Below, piece after piece: positions 8,267 to 15,725 of a stretch of DNA of 64,000 nucleotides. Both the position numbers and the translations under genes were made by a program. Positions within the stretch are counted from its first letter, which is position 1, and every line of letters starts with the position of its first letter. The DNA is from a virus. Under the pieces are notes generated by a model. It ran no database searches. It was not told the origin of the DNA and worked only from the letters and a program-made list of their open reading frames with translations. The DNA is taken from the IMG/VR virus record IMGVR_UViG_3300030085_001980, one strand, 5' to 3'.

Positions 8267-8323
8267 AATATACACGATTTTGGGGTGCTGTGGGGCAATG
8301 GTGTGCACCTTGCCGACCGTCAC
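8267..8323 (-). promoter_or_regulatory. Early promoter 4
   Basis: -10 TATATT at 8267-8272; degenerate palindrome GTGTGCACC-N6-ACCGTCAC at 8301-8323. Confidence 0.65.
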
Positions 8324-8880
8324 AGCACGCGGGTGCCGAATTGTTGAATCATTTTGTTTGGGATAGTATAACCCAGACGGGGATCTTTTCTCACCTTGGT
8401 TGACTCATACTGTTTTTTGAGGTTAGGTAGAAGAATTGCAATCACGTCAAGTGCATCCATTCGCCAGATTTCTTGGATCTTGCCTGACTCATAGCGTGCA
8501 TAGTAGTGATTAGCATACTTGCCAATCTTTTCCTCTTGAATATACTCTACTTGTTTCTCCCAAGTATCCTGAACACTGATACCATTGTACGTTGCTGTTA
8601 GTTTCTTGCCAATCGTTGATTTATACTCACAGGGACCATCTTGATCGTATGCATCAGCACCACTATAATCGTCGGCAATAGTGTGACCTAAGATGCCTGC
8701 CATATGTATTTCACGAGAGCGAGCATAAGAGAAAGGATCACCCCACTCATTTGCCTCGCAAAGTGCATACATTTGCTCGAACAGTTGTTGATACTGTTGC
8801 TCAGGAGTCATTGTAGTAAGATCAGCAGTTTTATCGCAGAAAGTGTCAAATGCCTCTCTGATGTTTGTAAGTTCTTGCAT
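8320..8880 (-). CDS. PvuII-like PD-(D/E)xK endonuclease
   Basis: GADAYDQDGPCEYKST catalytic motif; colinear resemblance to R.PvuII as recalled (GNDAVD..YELKS, IIAKY, IEAIYRL, KIP..MEHGTKIY versus KIGKY, IQEIWRM, TIP..QQFGTRVL). Confidence 0.65.
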   Translation of the reverse strand: MQELTNIREAFDTFCDKTADLTTMTPEQQYQQLFEQMYALCEANEWGDPFSYARSREIHMAGILGHTIADDYSGADAYDQDGPCEYKSTIGKKLTATYNGISVQDTWEKQVEYIQEEKIGKYANHYYARYESGKIQEIWRMDALDVIAILLPNLKKQYESTKVRKDPRLGYTIPNKMIQQFGTRVL

Positions 8881-8905
8881 TTGGGTGAATTGCTTTGACT
8901 CTTAT

Positions 8906-8964
8906 AGTATTGCATTAAAAAGCGCCCTCTGGGGGCGCTGGTGGACACTTTAACGTACTGTCAC
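8906..8964 (-). promoter_or_regulatory. Early promoter 5
   Basis: -10 AATACT at 8906-8911; GTGGACACT-N7-ACTGTCAC at 8941-8964. Confidence 0.65.
8917..8939 (-). terminator. Rho-independent terminator inside promoter 5
   Basis: AGCGCCC-CCAGA-GGGCGCT-TTTT on the minus strand. Confidence 0.7.
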
Positions 8965-8970
8965 ACGGTA

Positions 8971-9375
8971 TCACCAATGGGTGCCAAGGTGAGACATTGT
9001 TGATGTAAATGCTGTAAATGTTGCGGCGTCAGTGATATTTGTGGTGGAAACTCTTGCCGCTGCTTCATCCTTACCGATGTCACCATCAGATGTAACGAAT
9101 CCCCAAACTTTGACGACTCCACCTCTATCAGCAGGAGCAGTTCCTACGATCTCGATGTCATCACCAGCAGCACGAGTTGCGAACGCCCAAGTAACTGAAG
9201 CGTCATCCGCTTCGATCTTACTTTTCTTCGCTTCCAGTCTAGTATCAACACCGAAATTTGCGGTGCCGCTAGATGTCATTCTAGCGTCGATGTTTGCGAG
9301 TCTATACTGCTTTGCTTTTGCAACAAGGGCAGTACACAGTTCACCCGCTTTGGTTGTTACTGCTTCGCTTGCCAT
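8971..9375 (-). CDS. Ala/Thr-rich hypothetical protein under a late promoter
   Basis: ORF track; TATAAATA 29 nt upstream. Confidence 0.75.
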   Translation of the reverse strand: MASEAVTTKAGELCTALVAKAKQYRLANIDARMTSSGTANFGVDTRLEAKKSKIEADDASVTWAFATRAAGDDIEIVGTAPADRGGVVKVWGFVTSDGDIGKDEAAARVSTTNITDAATFTAFTSTMSHLGTHW

Positions 9376-9403
9376 AACTTTCTAAAAGATTACTTTGCTG
9401 ATC

Positions 9404-9411
9404 TATTTATA
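9404..9411 (-). promoter_or_regulatory. T4-type late promoter
   Basis: TATAAATA. Confidence 0.7.
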
Positions 9412-9412
9412 C

Positions 9413-10657
9413 TCAACGGACATACGAGTCAGGAGCAACACCTTTGACGAAGATACTATCAACAACACGCTGAAGACGCTCAACAGTATTCTTACCATAG
9501 TTTTTGTAGACAGGGACTGTCACAAATCCAGTGGATTTCTTGTACATTTGGAGAGCACCAGCAGTGATCTTGCCTGCTTTGATGTTAGCAACGTCGTCGC
9601 GATCCATACGAATAACACGACCGATAGTTTGTGCCATCTCAACTACATTCAGATTGCGAAGCAATACACAATGAGTGAGACCAGGCACGTTGATACCTTC
9701 AGACAGAATACTGTAGTGGAAGATGACAAATTTCTTGGTAGGATCAGCACCCCAAGCAGTCAACGTACGGAAGAATTCTTCGCGTCCGACTTTCTTTTTG
9801 TTGACAAATGCACCGAACTTAGATGTAACGTGCAGCACATTGTAACCACGCTCTGCAAGACGAGCGAGCAAATCTGTCTTGCCAATCATATTGCCAAGCA
9901 CACGAGAAGATGGCACAGCAACCAGAATCTTTGCAGCGTGTTGTTCATCGAGATCAGCAATAATACCGTCTACAGTATCAGCATCGTTCTCGTGAGCATT
10001 GATCTTGAGTCGCTCAATATCTTGCTCGAAAGGAACAACAGTAGGAGACACGATGCAACCGTTGTTGATAAGTTCTGGTGCAGGTACGTTCTCAATAACT
10101 TGACCGTAAATCTCTGCGTTGTTCATACCCCTGCTATGAGAATTAGCAGTGCGAGGAGTAGCAGTGAAAAAATAGGTGGAATCAGAGTGAAGACTGCAAG
10201 CAGCAGTAGGAATGAAAAAATGGCGTGTGACACTGTTATGTGCTTCGTCAAAATAAGCACAATCAATATCAATCCCAGAATCGACAACACGGCGCAAAGA
10301 ATGGTAAGTTGTGAAGATAATTACGGACTCACCTGCTGCACGAGCAGTGTTAGCGAACAAGGCAATCTTTTCAGACTTAGTGCTGCTGAAATACTTTGTT
10401 TCACCACTGTGGCAGTGACAGATGTGGGTCCAAGTGTTAGAAACCTGCTGCATAAACTCATCACAGAGTTGATTAGCGAGCAGAATACGAGGAGCGACAA
10501 CAACAATAGTTTTAGGACCAGTCTTCATCCTGCGGATGCAATCCTGAATCATAATGAATGTTTTACCGCCGCCAGTAGGTACAATGATTTGACCCTTATC
10601 GTGCTTGCTCATAGCAGCGAGAGCACGAACTTGATGGGGGCGAAGTGTAATGGTCAC
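9413..10657 (-). CDS. Superfamily 2 DEAD/DEAH-box (ResIII-like) helicase
   Basis: PTGGGKT Walker A, FDEAH, TATP, QTIGRVIR. Confidence 0.9.
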   Translation of the reverse strand: MTITLRPHQVRALAAMSKHDKGQIIVPTGGGKTFIMIQDCIRRMKTGPKTIVVVAPRILLANQLCDEFMQQVSNTWTHICHCHSGETKYFSSTKSEKIALFANTARAAGESVIIFTTYHSLRRVVDSGIDIDCAYFDEAHNSVTRHFFIPTAACSLHSDSTYFFTATPRTANSHSRGMNNAEIYGQVIENVPAPELINNGCIVSPTVVPFEQDIERLKINAHENDADTVDGIIADLDEQHAAKILVAVPSSRVLGNMIGKTDLLARLAERGYNVLHVTSKFGAFVNKKKVGREEFFRTLTAWGADPTKKFVIFHYSILSEGINVPGLTHCVLLRNLNVVEMAQTIGRVIRMDRDDVANIKAGKITAGALQMYKKSTGFVTVPVYKNYGKNTVERLQRVVDSIFVKGVAPDSYVR

Positions 10658-10682
10658 AGTGGCGATTGATGTCGATGAATTA

Positions 10683-10739
10683 AATATACAGCAAAAAGAC
10701 CCCGTGTGGGGTCAGAGTAGACAGTTATTCAACTGGCAG
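10683..10739 (-). promoter_or_regulatory. Early promoter 6
   Basis: -10 TATATT at 10683-10688; GTAGACAGT-N6-ACTGGCAG at 10717-10739. Confidence 0.65.
10693..10713 (-). terminator. Rho-independent terminator inside promoter 6
   Basis: GACCCC-ACAC-GGGGTC-TTTTT on the minus strand. Confidence 0.75.
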
Positions 10740-10881
10740 CAGCGTTCTTCAGCACTGTGATTAAGTGCATTTTACCGTGGAAATATCCAGCAGCAATAAC
10801 ACCTAACGTACACAGTAAGAGTACACCAAGACCAATAAGTTGTGGGATTGGTGGTGTTAAATCAGACTGATTGTGGTCCAT
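10729..10881 (-). CDS. Small membrane protein (50 aa)
   Basis: Manual translation MDHNQSDLTPPIPQLIGLGVLLLCTLGVIAAGYFHGKMHLITVLKNAAAS; ATGA overlap with upstream gene. Confidence 0.65.
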   Translation of the reverse strand: MDHNQSDLTPPIPQLIGLGVLLLCTLGVIAAGYFHGKMHLITVLKNAAAS

Positions 10882-11132
10882 CAGGTAGTGATACTCGTGC
10901 CAAAATCTCCTGATTCGATTGCATCCACGACTGACACTGGTGAGGATTCATACAAGGGAGATTCGTATGTTTTTGATTCGTACAAGGGGAGTCCTTCTTT
11001 TTTCCTGTGCAGTCGGTGCAACTCCCAGTACACGATTGCGAGGTGTTGTTGCAAATAGTTTTTTGTTTCAAGTTCATTAACTCTGCATCTGATTGATTCA
11101 AGATCTGCCATCAGTTGTTCTAGTTCAGTCAT
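10881..11132 (-). CDS. Hypothetical protein with YES pentapeptide repeats
   Basis: ORF track; YESKT-YESPL-YESSP. Confidence 0.65.
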   Translation of the reverse strand: MTELEQLMADLESIRCRVNELETKNYLQQHLAIVYWELHRLHRKKEGLPLYESKTYESPLYESSPVSVVDAIESGDFGTSITT

Positions 11133-11697
11133 AATGACATTCCAAAAGTGTTCCTCGATTCACTATACCTTGTGGCATAGCGTTAAATGATAGCGTACTG
11201 CGATGTGTGCCTGGGAGTGTATAGTGTTCCACATAAGATGGGAACAAAATTAGATCACCCTTCACACCTTGTGCAGCATATGTCATCTGTTGATTACTGA
11301 TGACACATATACCTGACTGAGCATTGATTGCAGGCGAATCAAAGTACGTTGGTGAGCAATGTGTCAGATATAATATACCTGACACGAAACTATTCGGATG
11401 TTTGTGTGGGTGGTGTTCCTCGTGTGGTTCACTTACATTAATCCACGACAATGTGGGTTTGAAGCGATCACACTGAAACTGATACAAATCTCTATAATCA
11501 TCCAGTGCCACCTGAATTTCGTTGAATAGTCTAACGAATCGTGGTAGATCGTGGAGATGAGTGTTTGCTGTTTGCTTGAGATTTCCGACATTGTACTTAG
11601 TATCAATGGCGTAATCTACGACTGATTCTACAACTTCAGGATTGATAGTGTAACGTACAATATCTGTTGAAAGTGCAGAAGTTACTACCCTGTCCAT
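11125..11697 (-). CDS. 2OG-Fe(II) oxygenase (HxH-type)
   Basis: HKHPNSFVSGILYL...FPSYVEH...RSTLSFN. Confidence 0.88.
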   Translation of the reverse strand: MDRVVTSALSTDIVRYTINPEVVESVVDYAIDTKYNVGNLKQTANTHLHDLPRFVRLFNEIQVALDDYRDLYQFQCDRFKPTLSWINVSEPHEEHHPHKHPNSFVSGILYLTHCSPTYFDSPAINAQSGICVISNQQMTYAAQGVKGDLILFPSYVEHYTLPGTHRSTLSFNAMPQGIVNRGTLLECHYD

Positions 11698-11837
11698 CAG
11701 AATTTAGCGTTGACACCAATAATTTGTGCATTAGGATTTCGTGCCATTGCTACCTGTCTCGCCTCTTGATAATCGCGGGCGTGTACTTCTTCTTTAATTA
11801 CTTTGCCAGCGATGAACATACTTACCTCGCATTTCAT
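11697..11837 (-). CDS. Small hypothetical protein typical of cyanophages (46 aa)
   Basis: Manual translation MKCEVSMFIAGKVIKEEVHARDYQEARQVAMARNPNAQIIGVNAKF. Confidence 0.75.
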   Translation of the reverse strand: MKCEVSMFIAGKVIKEEVHARDYQEARQVAMARNPNAQIIGVNAKF

Positions 11838-12034
11838 AGGAGATCTTCATCCATTTTTAAGTGCTCGGAAATAATACGCTCAATGTCAGCATTTGTCAAC
11901 CCGTTGAGCATTGCCCAACGTGGATCAGTCTCGTCCCAATCAATCACGATTGATCCATCTTCGTTGACAGTGATATTCAGACCATCATCAGGATCCGAAT
12001 CCAGATCCACTGGTTTTACTTCGTTTTGCATCAA
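11834..12034 (-). CDS. Hypothetical protein
   Basis: ORF track; IDWDETDPRW. Confidence 0.7.
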   Translation of the reverse strand: MMQNEVKPVDLDSDPDDGLNITVNEDGSIVIDWDETDPRWAMLNGLTNADIERIISEHLKMDEDLL

Positions 12035-12224
12035 TAACCTCTATTGTTTCGATGTATTGTTTGAAGTTCCACCACGCAGTTTGTACGTCAGCGTAATCTT
12101 CAAGGATCTTAACTGATCCATCAGTGCACCACACTTTGTACCAATTCCTGTCGTAAGGTTTGTCAGAAGTGAGTGTAAAGTAACGGTCGTCGGTGGGATC
12201 AATGTTCTGATTCACGGAGATCAC
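11988..12224 (-). CDS. Hypothetical protein
   Basis: ORF track; DKPYDR..Y motif and C-terminal GFG. Confidence 0.7.
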   Translation of the reverse strand: MISVNQNIDPTDDRYFTLTSDKPYDRNWYKVWCTDGSVKILEDYADVQTAWWNFKQYIETIEVIDAKRSKTSGSGFGS

Positions 12225-12384
12225 TGAGTTGTTGTTCTAGGGTGTCAATCCTAGCACATAAACTAGAGAGAAGTATGGACAACTCCTCCCTATTTACTTT
12301 GCCAGAGATGTAATAACCATCGTCGCGTACCAATAATTTAAGGATGTCACTTTTGTTCACTATTTCAACTCCATAATATCCCAA
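12199..12384 (-). CDS. Hypothetical protein
   Basis: ORF track. Confidence 0.55.
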   Translation of the reverse strand: MGYYGVEIVNKSDILKLLVRDDGYYISGKVNREELSILLSSLCARIDTLEQQLSDLRESEH

Positions 12385-12569
12385 TTAGGGTCGTCAGGTG
12401 TATCGATCCAGAACCAATACTCTCTGTTTGCCTCACTAGAGACAAAGATTCTACCATCAGACCTACGATGTTCGATGTAAACGAACGTACTACCATTCAT
12501 ATAGTTGGCAAGGTTGGTCCTTGCCTTTTCACTCTTTGGTTGTACGATTGCTGTGTTCCTAATAGTCAC
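12360..12569 (-). CDS. Hypothetical protein
   Basis: ORF track; YWFWID..D.NW motif. Confidence 0.7.
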   Translation of the reverse strand: MTIRNTAIVQPKSEKARTNLANYMNGSTFVYIEHRRSDGRIFVSSEANREYWFWIDTPDDPNWDIMELK

Positions 12570-12715
12570 GACCGTCTGAATACCTCATTTTTAAGTTTGT
12601 CATAAACGTGTGCCAATTTAACACCTCGATCGCGATCAATCGAGACTTCGTGAAACTTTGAAAGATGCTGCATTGTGTCCATTAATGCTTCTAGTTCGTT
12701 ACGATTTAGATTCAT
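12566..12715 (-). CDS. Hypothetical protein (49 aa)
   Basis: Start reassigned to MNLNRNE. Confidence 0.55.
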   Translation of the reverse strand: MNLNRNELEALMDTMQHLSKFHEVSIDRDRGVKLAHVYDKLKNEVFRRS

Positions 12716-12857
12716 CCTGCTTGAAAGAGTGGGGAGGAGTGTAGTAACCGTACTTGAGGAACTTGTAAGTTTCCTCATTGTACTTGCGGCGATCTTCGAT
12801 TTCCTGATAATACTTCAGGATCTCTTTGTAGTCAAGGTGCACTGCTGGGTGTGTCAT
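12699..12857 (-). CDS. Small hypothetical protein (52 aa)
   Basis: Manual translation MTHPAVHLDYKEILKYYQEIEDRRKYNEETYKFLKYGYYTPPHSFKQDESKS; ATGA overlap. Confidence 0.55.
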   Translation of the reverse strand: MTHPAVHLDYKEILKYYQEIEDRRKYNEETYKFLKYGYYTPPHSFKQDESKS

Positions 12858-13186
12858 CGTTGATCCATTGATGGTAGCATATCATTACCAGGGTGGTCAT
12901 CAGTCTTACCCTTGTAATTCTTTACATCATAAAAATGCGTGTCCTCAATTTCAATCTCATCCCACTGATGTGGATAGATGATGAGACAACATTTGTGAAC
13001 ACGTTTGCTGGCGTGTGGATCTTTATTTGGATAGGCACGGAAACACATAGTGATGTATTCATCATCTACGAATTCAATCGTGCCCTCGTTACCTTGAAAC
13101 CTAATTGGCATACCAACCTCAAGAGATTTGAGGATGTTTCGTACTTCAAGTGGTACGGATTCGCCAATCATTAGTGGTGTTGTCAT
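12854..13186 (-). CDS. Hypothetical protein
   Basis: ORF track; GTIEFVDDEYIT...CCLIIYP..WDEI. Confidence 0.75.
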   Translation of the reverse strand: MTTPLMIGESVPLEVRNILKSLEVGMPIRFQGNEGTIEFVDDEYITMCFRAYPNKDPHASKRVHKCCLIIYPHQWDEIEIEDTHFYDVKNYKGKTDDHPGNDMLPSMDQR

Positions 13187-13752
13187 TTGAGATAATACTC
13201 CAAAACGTACACATTTGTGTTCGTTGTGTTTGAACTCAGGGAAAGATCCAACAGTGATGATGGATAGATGGTCAGGTTACCTTCAGTTGGTGTAAATGTG
13301 AACTCAGTTGAGTTTAGGATGTTTGCTTCAACAAAACTATCCTTTATGCCACTATACCAACTGTCTACACCTTTGTACCCAAAGTTCATATCACAACCAG
13401 GATCTTGAAAGAACATTACACCAGAGAAGATTGTGTCATCCCGTGCATCAATCTTGACAGATTGCCCAGGTTCAATCTTCCTGACGTAAGATTCTACGAT
13501 CTCGAATGTCTTATTATCCTTCACACCCAGTAGACCAGCAAACTGCTGCATCTGAGTGGAAATTAACACTCTGTACGACACTTGTTGTGTCGCAATGTCA
13601 CTTGCAACAGTACGTCCCGTAGTGTTATCGAGCAGCAAACTATATGCGTGTTGTCTCATTCCTGTGCTGATCTCCGACTGTTGAATATAAACAGGGAGAC
13701 CAAATGCAGGAACGATGTCAACAGAATTGAAAGATACTCTATTCGGTTTCAT
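13183..13752 (-). CDS. Degenerate 2OG-Fe(II) oxygenase-fold protein lacking the iron ligands
   Basis: Scaffold retained (FSGVMFF, PTEGNLTIYPS), but HxH reads DAR and the distal His and Arg are absent. Confidence 0.6.
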   Translation of the reverse strand: MKPNRVSFNSVDIVPAFGLPVYIQQSEISTGMRQHAYSLLLDNTTGRTVASDIATQQVSYRVLISTQMQQFAGLLGVKDNKTFEIVESYVRKIEPGQSVKIDARDDTIFSGVMFFQDPGCDMNFGYKGVDSWYSGIKDSFVEANILNSTEFTFTPTEGNLTIYPSSLLDLSLSSNTTNTNVYVLEYYLK

Positions 13753-13945
13753 ACTGAGTCGATACGTGTTTTAAGTGCAAAATGTGAGAAACCTCATCAA
13801 TTACTGATAGGTCAACTCTAAGTTGCTCATCATCAATAAGTCCTTTATTGTGACGAGCGTAGAGATCTTGCAGGTACAGTAATACTGACTTGCGAAGGAT
13901 CTCAATCTGTCTGTCATCCAATAGACGCGATTTTAGTCCGAACAT
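13739..13945 (-). CDS. Hypothetical protein
   Basis: Likely start MFGLKSRLLDD. Confidence 0.6.
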   Translation of the reverse strand: MFGLKSRLLDDRQIEILRKSVLLYLQDLYARHNKGLIDDEQLRVDLSVIDEVSHILHLKHVSTQYETE

Positions 13946-14435
13946 TTGAACTGTCGTGGCAACGGTATTCGTAATACTGTCCGACGAGTTTGACTTCGCC
14001 ATTTCTCCAAGCAACGGTCTGCCTAAGTCTAGCGCGGTCATCGTCGATTAGGCGAATTTCTTCACGAAATATCCAGGAATCATAACTTGTGTGGAACACT
14101 ACTGTGTCGTTGTCAATAAATGACGTATCACAGATCGTTGCAGAGTCAGTCATATACCCTTGAGATCTGTAAAACTTTCCGTTGCCATACCCACACTGCA
14201 TTTCACCAGATGAAGATGGTTTACCATCCTCTAATACGCTGTCCCAAACAAGACGAACATATCCCTGGTTGTAATCATCTGGAATCGCCTCTTTTTCAGC
14301 ATCTGTAATATCTATACGTACACTTAAGTCCGTATAGATCATCTGTGGTTTGAATTTATCCTTTCCAGCATATAGGTATCTCCTATCGCTTTTCCAATCA
14401 CCTTCAGCACGTTGAAACCATTCATTAAGGGTCAT
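13914..14435 (-). CDS. CpeS/CpcS-type (S/U clan) phycobiliprotein lyase
   Basis: WF..AEGDWKSDRRYL N-terminus; VFHTSY...FREEIRLI...RLRQT C-terminus typical of CpcS/CpeS/CpcV beta-barrels. Confidence 0.7.
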   Translation of the reverse strand: MTLNEWFQRAEGDWKSDRRYLYAGKDKFKPQMIYTDLSVRIDITDAEKEAIPDDYNQGYVRLVWDSVLEDGKPSSSGEMQCGYGNGKFYRSQGYMTDSATICDTSFIDNDTVVFHTSYDSWIFREEIRLIDDDRARLRQTVAWRNGEVKLVGQYYEYRCHDSSNVRTKIASIG

Positions 14436-15115
14436 AACAGGGGGATAATAGAGAACTGATCGTCGGGAAGTGTAGGTTCGGTAATAATATCAAACCCTAG
14501 TGTAATCCTTGGTCCTTGGTAGTCATCGTTTACAACAACTCTGTGCATACGTTTCCATCCTGGTCCAAAGTATATGTTCCCAACTTCATTCTCAATATCG
14601 TATGTTATGTCGCCTTCTTTGAACTGTGTTGTACTATTCTTAGGATCTATGCTGATGTAACCGTGAAAAGGAAAGTGATGATCGTGCCACCCTAATACTT
14701 CTTTAGGGTTATGCATATTCATCCAACATTGCATCCACAGTGGTTGTTCTGCTGGTGCACGTAGTTCTAAACGTACGATGCGACTTACTTCCTTAAGTAA
14801 TCCCCAGAACAGAGGACTTGGTGATGTAAGTGCAAATACATTATAGAATCTGTACCCAGACAGATCTTGTCCCTGCATTTCTTCTAGTTGTTTATGATCC
14901 TCATTGTAAGAATCACTCGGGTTGAATAACTCTGGTAGAGCACTCAGTGTGAGTCCATCATTCTTCAATGATGAATCACAACCAGTAAATGTATTTTTGA
15001 ATTGACGATAAGCACGTCCTAATTGTGCTTTCATCTCTTCAGATTCGTGTTCAATTACCTCTGAACGGTAAAGTACCCAATCGTCTCCACGTTTTAATAG
15101 TGTAGGATCAAACAT
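14432..15115 (-). CDS. 2OG-Fe(II) oxygenase (HxH-type)
   Basis: QCWMN...WHDH...HRV...RITLGFD. Confidence 0.8.
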   Translation of the reverse strand: MFDPTLLKRGDDWVLYRSEVIEHESEEMKAQLGRAYRQFKNTFTGCDSSLKNDGLTLSALPELFNPSDSYNEDHKQLEEMQGQDLSGYRFYNVFALTSPSPLFWGLLKEVSRIVRLELRAPAEQPLWMQCWMNMHNPKEVLGWHDHHFPFHGYISIDPKNSTTQFKEGDITYDIENEVGNIYFGPGWKRMHRVVVNDDYQGPRITLGFDIITEPTLPDDQFSIIPLL

Positions 15116-15725
15116 TGCTGTATGCTCGGTAAGGATCTTGTACTGGATTTTTGCTGATGTTGATATTCACAACAGGTCTCCAGTTTGTGCTGGGTGTTGT
15201 TGAGGCGTGGAACATATCGCCCTTAAACATCACAGCACGACCACGTTTAGGTGACACACGCTCGCACACTGTAAAACTATCTTTCTCCAGATATTTCTGG
15301 TAGTCGTAATCATTCAGCGTACGCTCATTGTATATTACTGTATCACCATCACTTTCGTCAAGGTAATACACAACGTTCCAAGAATCAGGAACGTAACTAT
15401 CAATGTGTGGCAACTGTGTGTGGTTAGCAAACATATTAGGAACTGCATTGATACGCATACGCATCAGGTGATAGCAGTTAATTACGTCCATAGCATTTAA
15501 TGCCAGTGGCACAAATGCATTGCAGAGAGGAGAGATGTTACCACCTTTATCACCCTCGTACATATAATGAAAGTTGCAGAATCCATTGCGAGGATCCTGC
15601 TCACGTCCATCCATAATTGCACTATCTTTCCTGTGCCACATTAGGTTCTCATCTTTAATAAGAGTGAGCAACCAGTTCTGGTACGTTGGAGAGATTAATT
15701 CATCGACAACAATCACATCATTCAT
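15108..15725 (-). CDS. 2OG-Fe(II) oxygenase
   Basis: PHID...YYLDESDGDT...FHASTTP...RPVVNIN. Confidence 0.85.
   Translation of the reverse strand: MNDVIVVDELISPTYQNWLLTLIKDENLMWHRKDSAIMDGREQDPRNGFCNFHYMYEGDKGGNISPLCNAFVPLALNAMDVINCYHLMRMRINAVPNMFANHTQLPHIDSYVPDSWNVVYYLDESDGDTVIYNERTLNDYDYQKYLEKDSFTVCERVSPKRGRAVMFKGDMFHASTTPSTNWRPVVNINISKNPVQDPYRAYSNV

Noticed and set aside
8098-8298. ORF-track 66-aa ORF
   Set aside because: It starts within the promoter; a better ORF with an RBS exists in another frame (8076-8240).
9395-10669. 424-aa plus-strand ORF antisense to the helicase
   Set aside because: It mirrors the helicase codon frame, has no RBS, promoter or motifs, and is a typical shadow ORF.
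5703-10739. Repeated palindromes as a CRISPR array or REP elements
   Set aside because: Spacing is irregular (750-1800 bp), whole genes lie between copies, each copy has a fixed position relative to a -10 box, and no cas genes are present.
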